Translations under genes and position numbers: made by a program
In this document: one piece after another, positions 9,606 to 21,013 of the stretch
Numbering within the stretch: position 1 is the stretch's first letter
How the letters are laid out: the number at the start of each line of letters is the position of its first letter
The notes under the pieces: generated by a model
What the model was told of the DNA's origin: nothing
Seen by the model: only the letters and a program-made list of their open reading frames with translations
Databases searched by the model: none
Origin: Candidatus Marinacidobacterales bacterium
GTDB lineage: Bacteria > Acidobacteriota > Vicinamibacteria > Marinacidobacterales > SMYC01
Length of the DNA: 64,000 nucleotides
Assembly: GCA_965237955.1 (NCBI GenBank)
Contig: OZ250169.1
Coordinates: 1,152,001-1,216,000 of the forward strand
Direction of reading: 5' to 3'

Positions 9606-9642
9606 CCCCAGCGTCGAACGGAAATGTGGTCGCCGCTCGCCA

Positions 9643-10503
9643 TCAGCCCGCTCGCTTCTCCCACTCCGTCTTCATGAAGGCGAGTCCGTCGCGGGCCAAC
9701 TGCTCTTCGCTCTCGAACATCGGCCGCCAGATCTTGGTCGCCGCTGCGAGGTTTGGGAGGAGCGCACCGAACGCCTCGATCGTGAGCCAGCCGTCGTAAC
9801 CGATCGCATGAAGGGCATCGAAGCTCTCGGCCCAGCGCACCTGGCCGGCTCCCGGTGTGCCGCGGTCGTTCTCGGAGATGTGCACGTGGGTGATGGAAGC
9901 TCCCACGGCGCGGATCGCCGCCGCGGGGTCCTTTTCCTCGATGTGCGCGTGGAAGGTGTCGTAGTGGGCACCCACGTTCGCTGCGCCGATGTCGCTCACA
10001 TAACGATCGGTATCCGCGGCGGTATTGAGTAGGTAAATCTCGAAGCGGTTCAGGAACTCGAAGGAGAGCGAGATGTCGGCCGTGGCTGCGTGCTCGGCGA
10101 CGGTTTGCAGGACCTCGACGCTGCGCTTCCACTCGTCGCCCGTCGGGCCGTTCCCGCTGAAGACGCCGAGGGCGGCGTAGAGAGGCCCAGCAAGTATCCG
10201 TGAGCCTGCCGCTGCCGTGCAGTCGACCGCGTTCTTCAGTGTGTCCACCGCGGCCGCGCGCACCGCGGGATCCGGCGAAATCGGATCCGCGTCGGGTGCG
10301 CAAGCCGCCATGCAGGTGCGTTCCATGCCCAACCCGGAGATCTGCTCCCCCAACTTCGCGAACGCAGCAGGATCGGGCGCGGGCCGGATGATCGGGAGCT
10401 CGAGGCCGTCGAAGCCCATGTTCCCCAGTCGCTCGTAGAGCGGAAGGTGCTCCACGGCCGTGGGGTCGTCGGTCCAGAGCATCAGGTTCATGCCGAATTT
10501 CAC
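9643..10503 (-). CDS. Sugar phosphate isomerase/epimerase (D-psicose/D-tagatose 3-epimerase family)
   Basis: [37 protein letters not shown]; RBS GAGGAG before GTG 10503. Confidence 0.9.
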   Translation of the reverse strand: MKFGMNLMLWTDDPTAVEHLPLYERLGNMGFDGLELPIIRPAPDPAAFAKLGEQISGLGMERTCMAACAPDADPISPDPAVRAAAVDTLKNAVDCTAAAGSRILAGPLYAALGVFSGNGPTGDEWKRSVEVLQTVAEHAATADISLSFEFLNRFEIYLLNTAADTDRYVSDIGAANVGAHYDTFHAHIEEKDPAAAIRAVGASITHVHISENDRGTPGAGQVRWAESFDALHAIGYDGWLTIEAFGALLPNLAAATKIWRPMFESEEQLARDGLAFMKTEWEKRAG

Positions 10504-10817
10504 GGATCTCTCCTCGATCGCCAGCGTACCGCGAGAGCGAGCAAGCGTGGCATGATTCGGCGATGCTCCCTCTCCTCCTCGCCCTGCGCGTCTCCGCCTA
10601 CAAACAGGAGATTCTATCCTGGGACGCAGACAAACACGAGAGGGATTCTCCCCGAGGAGGTGGACAGAGGCACATGGAGGTTCGGCTGACGACAGGGTAC
10701 TGTCAAATTGAGGGATCGCAGGCCCATCCGGCCCCAAGATGTGCTTAACAACGCCCAAGTGAGCCCATGAACCGCCCCGGCTTTTCCGGAGACTCCAACT
10801 CTTGAGAGGATGGAGTC

Positions 10818-12052
<1,235 letters not shown>

Positions 12053-12588
12053 AACAGTCTCCGGGATTCCCGGGGCGGTTCACCATGATATTGGGCCCTT
12101 TTCCGCGCTCGAGGCGCCAACTTGACGGTACCCCAGTGCGCCTTCCTCCGCGACCCTTAGCTCGATCCAAGATCTACTGGAGCTCGCGATCCTGCCGTCT
12201 CGCCGAGGCCACCTTAGGCAAGGGTCCCCCGATCCCGGCTGTTCGAGCCCGATGTGCATCGCGATTGCACCGCTTCTCGGGACCGGATACGATCCCCCTG
12301 CGCGAGGAGTCGTCAACCCGAGCGCAGCGCGCCGCCGGCCGCAGCGAGGCAGCCTTCAGCTCGCCCGCTCATTGAGAAAAGAGAGCGCCCACTAAGAATG
12401 GGCCGACGACACCCCAGGGACGCGAACGAGGAGTGAGCGGTATTGAGCGCGACGAGTGAGGTTGGCCAGGGTTGACCGCGTGAAACTTGATCTCGTTCGC
12501 AATTGTCCAGGCGTTCGACCTGTGTTTTGAATTTTCCCTAATACACACTCTCGATAGTTGAGAATTTTGGAGGTCCGGGAGGTCTGGA

Positions 12589-15441
12589 ATGGCAAGGCTG
12601 CGCGTTTTCATGCTGGTCTGGGGTGCCGTGGTCGCTGTGTCAACGCAGGGGCAGGCGCAGGGTACTCGTTTCACCACGCTCCCCGAATTCACGATTGAGC
12701 GGGTATTGCCGGCCGAAAAGACCCACTCATATATTGTCCTGACGTTCGACAGCCTCGGCCGCCCCGTGGTCTCCAGGGAACTGGACCATCCGCGCTTGCT
12801 CATCGATAACGATGGCGATGGCATCTTCGAATCCGAGAAAGTCTTCTCTGATAGGGTCAGGAATTGCCATGGCCTTTGGTTTGACGCCCGCACGCTCTAC
12901 GGCGCCTGCGCGCCTGCCGACGTGCCGGCCCAGGACTCGGATAGTGGCGCCCTCAGCCGGTCTGGCTTGTACAAGATGGAGGACACCAATGGCGATGATG
13001 CAGCCGACACATTCGAGCAGATCAGCGTCTTCCAGCGCGGTATCGGAGAGCACGGCCCGCATGCTATCCGTCGGGGACCCGACGGCGCGCCCACGATCAT
13101 AATCGGCAACTATAGTTTTGTGCCCGATGAGATGATCGACGCCTTGTCGCCCTTTCGCAACTACAAAGAGGCGCAATTTCTACCGGCGTTTCCGGACGCT
13201 TGGGGCCTCCGCGATGCCACGAAGGACGGAGCTCACGGCACCGTCGTCCGCCTCGACCGGGAACGGAAACAATACACTCTAGTTTTCGGTGGCCTCCGAA
13301 ATTCGTACGACCTCGCCTTTAATCTCGCTGGCGAAGCGTTCACTTTCGACAGCGACATGGAGTTTGACATCAACCTACCTTGGTACCGCGAGGTGCGCTC
13401 CATCCATGGCATACCCGGAGGAGACTACGGACACCGCAATGGTTCCGGAAAGCTTCCTCCTTACTATATCGACTCGCTGCCGCCGGTGCGCGACGTCGGC
13501 CGGGGCTCGCCGGTGGGGGTGGAGTTCTACCAGCATAATGTCTATCCTGCGGAATTTCACGACGCGTACTTCGAAGGCGACTGGTCGCGGGGCCGCGTGC
13601 TGTATACCGCGCTCCGGCGGGATGGGGCCAGTTACAAGGCTCGCACCGACCAGGCCGAGTTCGTCCACGGTGAGCCGCTCAACATCACCGACCTCGAAGT
13701 GGGGCCGGACGGGATGCTCTATTTCTGCACCGGGGGCCGCGGCACCGGCGGCGGGGTGTACCGCGTTCGTTACCAGTCACCGACCTCCGCGCCGAGCCGG
13801 CCCACAGGCGTGCAAGCGGTTGTGCGCCAACCGCAGCCGCTGTCGAGTTGGGGCTGGGCGGCGCTGGAAGAGACGAAAGCCTCGATGGGCGATGCCTGGG
13901 GAAGCGAGTTGGAGCAACTCGCCCGAGACCGCGCCGCGGAAGGCGAAGACCGCGCTCAAGCCATCTACATGCTGCAACGTCACGGCCCCCAGCCTCCTTG
14001 CGACCTTCTGAGCGCCCTGACCACCGACCATGATGCGCAGGTGCGAGCCGCGGTGGTCTATGTTGCGGGCCAGCAGTTTGGCGACGGGGCCAAGGCCGTC
14101 GCGGCAGCTGCGCTCAAGGATGCCGACGCACTCGTCCGCCGCCGCGCAGCCGAAGCGTTGGTCCGCATGGGGCTCTCGGCAGACCGTCCCAGCTTGGCCC
14201 CAATCGCCGACATCTACAACCTGCTGAACGACGCCGACCGTTTCGTCCGCTACGCCGGCCGGGTGGCCCTGGAGCGCACGCCGCGAGCCCAATGGACGGA
14301 CAGAGTGCTGAACGAGACCGATCCGTTAGGCGCCATCGAAGGCATGGTCGCGCTGATCAACACCGCGCGTTCTGAGGGCGATCTGGAGCCGGTGTTTGAG
14401 AGGCAACTCAGCCTGATGCAGAAGACCGATCTCTCCGTCGACGATAGGTTGCGGCTGCTACGCGCCTTCCAGCTAGCGGCCATCGAGGCTGGCGACAGCG
14501 TACGTTCGGAGCTGCGCCAGCGAGTGTACCGTCTGCTGATCGGACAGTTCCCCGCCCGGGATGAGCGGCTCAACCGCGAGCTGGCACTGACGCTGGCCTA
14601 CTCTGGACAGCCGGAGGCGATCGGCAAGATTCTGACCGAAATGCCATCGGGGGACACTAACCAGCCTCTGCAGATCCACTACGTTTATGCCCTGCGTGAG
14701 ATTAAGGAGGGTTGGACGAGGGAGCAGAAGGCGCAGTTGATGAACTGGTTCGAAAAGGCCGCCATGTGGCGCGGCGGGACCAGCTTCAGAGGCTTCATCA
14801 ACCTTTTGTTTGATGCCAGTCTGGAGTTCCTCGATGATGAGAAGCAGCTCGCCTATCAACAGATCCCGCTGTTTGCGCCGCTGACGGAAAGTGAGCTGGA
14901 GACTGCAGCGGAAAGGGCGAGCGGGGCTAGCCCGAGCCTTCCCGCGAATCAGCGCTCGCGAGGCGTCGAGGCGCTCACCCGGCAGGAAATTTATGAGTAC
15001 CAGCTCTTCAATCCGTCGAGGACGCCCGCCGACGCGGCCGCCGGCAGGGCAATCTACGAGGAGAAATGCGCCGTCTGCCATCGCTTTGGGGCAATCGGCG
15101 ATGACGTCGGCCAGGACCTGACCACTCTCAACAGCCGGTTCCAGAAGAAGGACATTCTAGAATCGATCCTGTGGCCCTCCAGAACGGTCTCCGACCAGTA
15201 CGAGAGTATGATCATCGAAACCGACAGGGGCGTCATCGACGGCCTCGTGGTGAGGGAAGATAGCGAGACGCTGGTGGTAAGGACGGCTGGGGCAGAGCGT
15301 CTACTCGAGATTCCGAAGGCTCGGGTCAAGGAGCGTCGCCTTTCGACCATCTCGCTCATGCCCGAAGGGCTGCTCGATGAGTTCAGTCAACGGGAGATCG
15401 CCGACCTGATCGCGTTCCTGCAGGCCGCTCCGCCCAGATAG
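12589..15441 (+). CDS. PVC-type heme-binding protein: beta-propeller dehydrogenase-like domain, HEAT repeats, C-terminal cytochrome c
   Basis: Signal peptide, GEHGPHAI, GLRNSYDLAFN, FDSDME, HEAT repeats, CAVCH, SLMPEGL. Confidence 0.85.
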   Translation: MARLRVFMLVWGAVVAVSTQGQAQGTRFTTLPEFTIERVLPAEKTHSYIVLTFDSLGRPVVSRELDHPRLLIDNDGDGIFESEKVFSDRVRNCHGLWFDARTLYGACAPADVPAQDSDSGALSRSGLYKMEDTNGDDAADTFEQISVFQRGIGEHGPHAIRRGPDGAPTIIIGNYSFVPDEMIDALSPFRNYKEAQFLPAFPDAWGLRDATKDGAHGTVVRLDRERKQYTLVFGGLRNSYDLAFNLAGEAFTFDSDMEFDINLPWYREVRSIHGIPGGDYGHRNGSGKLPPYYIDSLPPVRDVGRGSPVGVEFYQHNVYPAEFHDAYFEGDWSRGRVLYTALRRDGASYKARTDQAEFVHGEPLNITDLEVGPDGMLYFCTGGRGTGGGVYRVRYQSPTSAPSRPTGVQAVVRQPQPLSSWGWAALEETKASMGDAWGSELEQLARDRAAEGEDRAQAIYMLQRHGPQPPCDLLSALTTDHDAQVRAAVVYVAGQQFGDGAKAVAAAALKDADALVRRRAAEALVRMGLSADRPSLAPIADIYNLLNDADRFVRYAGRVALERTPRAQWTDRVLNETDPLGAIEGMVALINTARSEGDLEPVFERQLSLMQKTDLSVDDRLRLLRAFQLAAIEAGDSVRSELRQRVYRLLIGQFPARDERLNRELALTLAYSGQPEAIGKILTEMPSGDTNQPLQIHYVYALREIKEGWTREQKAQLMNWFEKAAMWRGGTSFRGFINLLFDASLEFLDDEKQLAYQQIPLFAPLTESELETAAERASGASPSLPANQRSRGVEALTRQEIYEYQLFNPSRTPADAAAGRAIYEEKCAVCHRFGAIGDDVGQDLTTLNSRFQKKDILESILWPSRTVSDQYESMIIETDRGVIDGLVVREDSETLVVRTAGAERLLEIPKARVKERRLSTISLMPEGLLDEFSQREIADLIAFLQAAPPR

Positions 15442-15834
15442 GTGGCCCAAACGAGCGCGCGCACCGTGGTGTTCCGAATCATCAGCGCTGTGATGACAGG
15501 GCTCTTCGCCGTCGCTCTCGCGGTGCAGTACAACGATCCCGATCCCGGCCGATGGATGCTGATCTACGGCGCGGCCGGTGTACTGTCGGCGTGGGTCGTC
15601 GTCCGCGGAAGCGCCCCTCTGCCGCCGGCGGTCATCGTGGGCCTCGTCGCGCTCTTCATGGGTCTCGCCATCGGGCGCGGCGTGCTCGGTTCGGTGGCCT
15701 TGTCAGAGATGTTCCAGTCGTGGGAGATGAAGTCGTCGGCGATCGAGGATGCGCGCGAGGCGAGCGGCCTCCTGATTGTCGCCGGCTGGATGGCCGTGCT
15801 CACGATTGAGGCCTGGCGGGTGCGGCGAAAATAA
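15442..15834 (+). CDS. Transmembrane 220 (TMEM220) family protein
   Basis: VQYNDPDP..WMLIYG and EDAREASGL motifs, four TM helices. Confidence 0.8.
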   Translation: MAQTSARTVVFRIISAVMTGLFAVALAVQYNDPDPGRWMLIYGAAGVLSAWVVVRGSAPLPPAVIVGLVALFMGLAIGRGVLGSVALSEMFQSWEMKSSAIEDAREASGLLIVAGWMAVLTIEAWRVRRK

Positions 15835-16086
15835 GGGAGGCGGGCATCTGCTTGCACATGCAAGCGACGGTTTGTTCGGATCCGCGTGGTTCGGTCCGTG
15901 GTTTTTGAGCCGCGACCAAGCAGTGTTGAGTCATCTGCTCACATCGGCTCAGTGGTGACTTTACCGGGGCCGGAAAAATGTCAGGGCAGATCGATCTCAG
16001 TTCCCTCGCCTCGGGCCCTTCCAGGCTGGTCGCCTGACACCTTCCGCCGCTCGGTCAGGGCCGGCAACCGTAATATACTGGATGGC

Positions 16087-18075
16087 ATGGGAAAGCTCAC
16101 GCTGGCCCTGTTATGCCTGAGCCCCCTCGTCGTTCCCGTCAAGGCGTCCGTTCAGGAACCGAAGCGAACGGAAGACGACCCCGAGGCGCGCGCCAGCCAA
16201 AAAGAGCGCGAACCCGAGCTGCCGACGCTCAACGTCACGATAACGGTGTCGGCGCGCTCCCCCTCCTCCACTCCGCAGGTGGTAACCGTCATCGATCGCG
16301 ACACGATCGATGACTCCGGCGCACGGACCGTAGGTGAGCTGCTCACATATGCGCCCGCCCTGTTCGTTCTCCCGAGCGGCTCTCGCGGTGGCTCGACGAC
16401 CGCGCAGATAAGGGGGGGAGACCCGAATTTTACCCTTGTGCTCCTGGACGGGGTGCCGCTCAACGACAGCACCGACCCGCTCGGTGGAGTCGTCAACCTC
16501 GAGAGCCTACCCTTAAACGGCATCGAGCGAATCGAGATTGCCCGCGGTCCGATGTCCTTCTACCATGGCTCCGCGGCTCTGGCCGGCGTGATCAATCTCG
16601 TGACGAAACGGGGTGAGCCCGACGAAGCTGAGGCTCGCGCTGAGATAGAAGTCGGGAACGCGTCTTCCTTCCGGACCGCGGGATCGTACTCAGATGGCTT
16701 CACCGGCGGCGACTATTTTGTCGCGGTGCAATGGGAAGAAGAGGCGGGCCGGGTGGCCGAGGATCGGTTCGAGCAACTGCACCTTCTGGGGAACCTGCGT
16801 CTGAAGCTGGGCGAACGCGCCGGGCTGCAGCTTGGCACGCGAGTGACGAGCTGGGAGAGCGACGATTACCCGGAAGCCTCGGGCGGTCCGCTCTTCGGCT
16901 CCGGCGAGGTGCGGCGATCGGAGCACGACGAGCTGAGTCTCCGTGCCGAGCTCCAGCTGGGCGAGCCAGCCCGCCGGCGCCATAAGCTGACCGCCAACCT
17001 CTACAAACACGACCTCGACCGCGCCAGCCCCGGCGTCGGACTTTTCGTACCTTCCTCGGTGGAAAAGACCCGGTACACGCGAACCCACGCGGAATGGGCA
17101 ACGGGACTGCTCACAACCCCCCGCTTGCACCTTAACGCCGGCATCGACCTGGATCACGAGAGCGCACGGAACGAGAGCGTGCTCAAGCTGCCTCTGTTTT
17201 TGGGCGGCGAAGTTCCCGGCGACTACGCCTCGAGCCGCACCACGCCGGGTACGTTCGCCGAGCTCATCGTGGAGCCAGGCAATCTGGTCGTCGATGCAGG
17301 CGTGCGATTCGATTTTCCCGAGACTGCCGGTGCTCAGGGGAGCCCCCGCTTGGGAATAGCGTACCGTTTCAACGACGGCTCCACCTTGCTCCGTGGCTCG
17401 CTAGCCCGAGCCTTCAAGCTGCCGAGCTTCTTTGCCCTCGCCAGTCCCGCTGCCCTGGGAGGGAATCCGGACTTGAAGCCGGAGACCGCCTGGGGTCTGG
17501 ATCTCGGTATCGAGCAAGAGCTCGCTCACGATCTCCGAGCCGGAATCAACTTCTTCTACACCCGTTATCAGGACTTGGTCGACTTCGACTTCGAGAGCTT
17601 CCAGAACATCAATCGATCGAGCGTAGGATCTCGCGGCGTAGAGCTGGCTCTCACGTGGAAGAGCACCTCGAGCGTCGATTTCCAGGCGCAGGTCACCTGG
17701 AACGAGGTCAAGGACTTGACGACATCGATGCCACTGCTTCACCGGCCTCGCTGGCTGGCGAGCGGTCGCGTGCGGTGGCGGCCGACGAGCGACCTCACGG
17801 TATGGTTCGATACCCGCGCCGTTTCCGAGACGCTCGACCGACAACTCCCAGTTCCGGGGCGCGAGCGCGTCGCCGGACACGGTGTCCTCGGCCTTGCCGG
17901 ATCCTGGCGCTTTGCCGACCGGTGGGAGATTCGCGGCCGCATCGACAACTTGACCGACCGTCAGTACGAGACACTGATCGGCTTTCCGGGTCCGGGATTC
18001 TTGGCCAGGGTCGGTTTGCGCTACACCTTTCGTCGAAGCACCGAGCGGGAGACAGCTTCGACGAACGGCAACTAG
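16087..18075 (+). CDS. TonB-dependent receptor (BtuB-like)
   Basis: Plug IRGG....TLVLLDGVPLND, IERIEIARGPMS, GNPDLKPE, IDNLTDRQY, GLRYTF. Confidence 0.9.
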   Translation: MGKLTLALLCLSPLVVPVKASVQEPKRTEDDPEARASQKEREPELPTLNVTITVSARSPSSTPQVVTVIDRDTIDDSGARTVGELLTYAPALFVLPSGSRGGSTTAQIRGGDPNFTLVLLDGVPLNDSTDPLGGVVNLESLPLNGIERIEIARGPMSFYHGSAALAGVINLVTKRGEPDEAEARAEIEVGNASSFRTAGSYSDGFTGGDYFVAVQWEEEAGRVAEDRFEQLHLLGNLRLKLGERAGLQLGTRVTSWESDDYPEASGGPLFGSGEVRRSEHDELSLRAELQLGEPARRRHKLTANLYKHDLDRASPGVGLFVPSSVEKTRYTRTHAEWATGLLTTPRLHLNAGIDLDHESARNESVLKLPLFLGGEVPGDYASSRTTPGTFAELIVEPGNLVVDAGVRFDFPETAGAQGSPRLGIAYRFNDGSTLLRGSLARAFKLPSFFALASPAALGGNPDLKPETAWGLDLGIEQELAHDLRAGINFFYTRYQDLVDFDFESFQNINRSSVGSRGVELALTWKSTSSVDFQAQVTWNEVKDLTTSMPLLHRPRWLASGRVRWRPTSDLTVWFDTRAVSETLDRQLPVPGRERVAGHGVLGLAGSWRFADRWEIRGRIDNLTDRQYETLIGFPGPGFLARVGLRYTFRRSTERETASTNGN

Positions 18076-18387
18076 TCCCGTTCCAACTTGTTCCGGCTAG
18101 TTCCCGCAGCTGGAGAAGTGGCTCCTGAAAAGGCTTCCTGGATTTCCAGAATCACGGCGGCGGGTTTTTGCCTCGCTCAACGTCCGCGTCGACCCGGCGC
18201 AACTTTGAGAGTTGGAGGAAGCGTCAGAGCTCCCGCCCCCGGGCGGCAAGATCATTCCCTTGACCGAGTCCGCGAGCGGCTGATATCCTCCCGCCAAAGG
18301 AGAGGGCATCACCATTAGCAGCATCGGCGCGAACCTTGCCGCCGTGGCCGGCGAATACGGGATTCAACGTTCTGAAAGGGGGCTTCT

Positions 18388-19074
18388 ATGCGAATGATGA
18401 TCGCCACCGTCGCCCTGTTCGCGGCCGCCACCACGGCGCCGGCGCAGGAGGACGGGTTCACGTCTATTTTCGATGGGAAGACGCTTGAAGGCTGGGACGG
18501 CGACCCCGATTTCTGGCGCGTCGAAGACGGCGCGATCACTGCCCAGACCACGAAGGAAAAGCCGCTTCAAGCCAACACCTTCATCATCTGGCGCGAGGGC
18601 GAGCTGGCCGATTTCGAGCTGAAGATCGAATACCGGATCTTCGGCGGCAACAGCGGCATCCAGTACCGCAGCTTCGAGGTCGAGGGCCAGAAGTGGGTCA
18701 TCGGCGGCTATCAGGCCGACCTGGATGCCGCCAACGAATGGTCCGGCGTCAACTACGGCGAGAAATTCCGGAATATCCTGGCCAAGTGCGGCGAAGAGGT
18801 CGTCATCGGCGAGGACGGCGAGCGAAAAGTCGTCGGCTCGGTCGGCGACAGCGAGGAGCTCCGGTCCGGGATCAAGAAGGAGGACTGGAACGAGTATCAC
18901 ATCATCGCGAAGGGGAACCACTTGGTTCAGAAGATCAACAGCGTGCTGATGAGCGAGCTGACCGACAACGACAAAATAGCACGCGCCAGCGGCCTGCTGG
19001 CGCTCCAGCTGCACACCGGGGCGCCGATGAAGATCCAGTTCCGCAACATCCGCGTCAAGCACCTCGGCAAGTAG
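18388..19074 (+). CDS. DUF1080 (3-keto-disaccharide hydrolase family) secreted protein
   Basis: [43 protein letters not shown]. Confidence 0.9.
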   Translation: MRMMIATVALFAAATTAPAQEDGFTSIFDGKTLEGWDGDPDFWRVEDGAITAQTTKEKPLQANTFIIWREGELADFELKIEYRIFGGNSGIQYRSFEVEGQKWVIGGYQADLDAANEWSGVNYGEKFRNILAKCGEEVVIGEDGERKVVGSVGDSEELRSGIKKEDWNEYHIIAKGNHLVQKINSVLMSELTDNDKIARASGLLALQLHTGAPMKIQFRNIRVKHLGK

Positions 19075-19076
19075 GC

Positions 19077-19169
19077 ACCTCCGAGGACCTCCTGCTCTAC
19101 GACTCTGAGGTGTGGCAGGACATCGCCCACAGTCTGTTCAATCTGATGGAGTACGTCTTCATCCGGTAG
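19077..19169 (+). pseudogene. Orphan C-terminus resembling DUF1553/PSD1 proteins
   Basis: VWQDIAHSLFNLMEYVFIR-stop with no N-terminal part. Confidence 0.5.
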
Positions 19170-19188
19170 AAGCGGCCCTCGAGTCCTC

Positions 19189-20577
19189 CTAAGAAACTAC
19201 CGCCTGAACGACGTCGCCCGTTTGAGTGTCGATGAGAGCGAAACCGAGGTCAGCGGCGCGTTGGGTCAGGCGGCGCACGGCACGGGAGCGATCTTGAGCG
19301 TTGTAGGCGGCGGCCCCGGGGTCTTGATAGACGAGCCCATCCTTGAGAGTGCGGTAGACGAGAATGGCGAGCTTTCGAGCGGTGGCGGTGATGGCTTTGG
19401 ATTTACCGACGCGATAGGCGAGACGTCGATAGTAGGCGCCGAGAGCGGTCTGTGTACGCCCGAGGCTGAGTGCGGCCATGCGGAGAATGCCAGCGGCGCG
19501 GTTTGCAGAGGGTTGTGTTTTCGAGCTGAGGAGTCGCCCGCCGGAGATTTTGTTATTGGGCGCGAGGGTAAGCCAGGAAGTGAAGTGCTTTTCAGTAGGC
19601 CATCGGTTCATATCGGTGCCGATCTCGGCGAGCAAGCGAAGCGCGAAATAGGGTCCGATGGCGTCGATCTGGGAGAGGTCGACCCCGGCGATCTGGTGGA
19701 GGAGAGGCCAGAGCTCGAACCGAGGTTCGTTCACTCGGGGCTTGCGCGATTTTCGAGGCGGTGGCAAGGAGGTGTTCGGGGTTGAGCGTTGAGCTAGAAG
19801 CTGCAGGTGCGATTCGATGGCCACGTCACAGGTTTGGATCTGGAGCTGAAAAGCATCAAAGAGTTCGAGGTTCTGCTTGAGAGCGAAGAGGTGCTCGGGG
19901 CGATAGTTGCCGGTGAGTGCAGCGGCGATCTCGGCCTCGGAGGACTGACAACGGTGGTCACGGTGCTTGGCGAGCCGATGGGGGTCGGTTTGTCCGGCAA
20001 CGATGTCTCGTAGAATCCGCATGCCAGTGACACCCGTGATATCAGTGACCACAAGGTGGAGTTGAAGATTCATTTGCACGAGAGCCTTCTGCATGCGCTG
20101 GATATGGGTTACCGCACTCTGAACGAGAGTCTCTCGGTGGCGGAGGTAGCCACGCAGGGCGGTGATGGCTGCTTCGGGTCGAAAGCTTCCGCGGAGCAAC
20201 CCCACGCTGTGCAACTCCCGGAGCCATTCGCAATCGCTGACATCGCTCTTGCGCCCCGGGACGTTTTTGACGAGGCGCGCGTTGACCAAGAGGACCTGGA
20301 AGCCACGGGCTTCGAGGATTTCATACAGGGCGATCCAGTAGACGCCGGTCGACTCCATCGCGACGCTCGTCACGCCGCAAGTCGCGAGCCAGTCGGCGAG
20401 CCGATGAAGATCGGCCGTGAAACTCCTGAAGGAACGGACCGGTTTAGGATCGCGCTCCGGTGGAACTGCGACGAAATGCTCGGCCGAGCCGCAATCGATC
20501 CCAGCGACATTCACGTTGATTTGCTTCAGGAGGGATGGAGAAGTCCGCTTCTTGGGTTGACGACGATTGTGCTTCAT
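19189..20577 (-). CDS. IS110 transposase (DEDD recombinase)
   Basis: AGIDCG, VAMESTGVYW, GRKSDVSDCEWL, ISGG, AITATARKLA; RBS AAGGAG. Confidence 0.95.
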   Translation of the reverse strand: MKHNRRQPKKRTSPSLLKQINVNVAGIDCGSAEHFVAVPPERDPKPVRSFRSFTADLHRLADWLATCGVTSVAMESTGVYWIALYEILEARGFQVLLVNARLVKNVPGRKSDVSDCEWLRELHSVGLLRGSFRPEAAITALRGYLRHRETLVQSAVTHIQRMQKALVQMNLQLHLVVTDITGVTGMRILRDIVAGQTDPHRLAKHRDHRCQSSEAEIAAALTGNYRPEHLFALKQNLELFDAFQLQIQTCDVAIESHLQLLAQRSTPNTSLPPPRKSRKPRVNEPRFELWPLLHQIAGVDLSQIDAIGPYFALRLLAEIGTDMNRWPTEKHFTSWLTLAPNNKISGGRLLSSKTQPSANRAAGILRMAALSLGRTQTALGAYYRRLAYRVGKSKAITATARKLAILVYRTLKDGLVYQDPGAAAYNAQDRSRAVRRLTQRAADLGFALIDTQTGDVVQAVVS

Positions 20578-20599
20578 CAGATGCTCCTTCATACTTCGT

Positions 20600-20757
20600 G
20601 AAGCATCCGGGAACAGGGATGGGCATTCGTTACATTCTCCTAAACGGGATCACGCTCACGCGTGTCACCACTGACAGTGCCGAAACATCCCCGGGCCATG
20701 CTTAGTTACGGGCTGGATCGCACCAGTGTTGAGTCGGCCTCGGTTCCCGGATGCTCC
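20600..20757 (-). ncRNA. Putative IS110 bridge RNA
   Basis: 13-bp closing stem (20602-20614 with 20743-20755), two TGGTG-hairpin-CCCGT modules, TACAAT -10 box at 20767-20762. Confidence 0.6.
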
Positions 20758-21013
20758 CGCTATTGTATGAAACGGACGCTCCGTGCAGCACTGGAGTTTC
20801 TACCCAGATAGATCGCGAGCCCTGCGCGTACGATGCTTAGTTGAAGATGGCATCCTGACGCCTTGCCCCTCGTCACGAATGATGTAGGGCGACCTCGGCG
20901 TCGCCCCTTGTTCGCCTCGTCATCCGTTTGACACTTCCACCAGACGGACACTAGACTCCCTCTCGTCCTCTGCCTCGAGGAATCGCCAAGCCACGCGAAC
21001 TGGAGAAGAAAAA

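Larger units (their letters stand above)
19186..20782 (-). mobile_element. IS110-family element, apparently complete
   Basis: Intact recombinase, structured 5' non-coding region, CTCC at both inferred boundaries (19186-19189, 20779-20782). Confidence 0.8.

Noticed and set aside
9578-9612. Intact tRNA gene
   Set aside because: Only the 3' end is present, the T-loop is degenerate, and there is no D or anticodon arm
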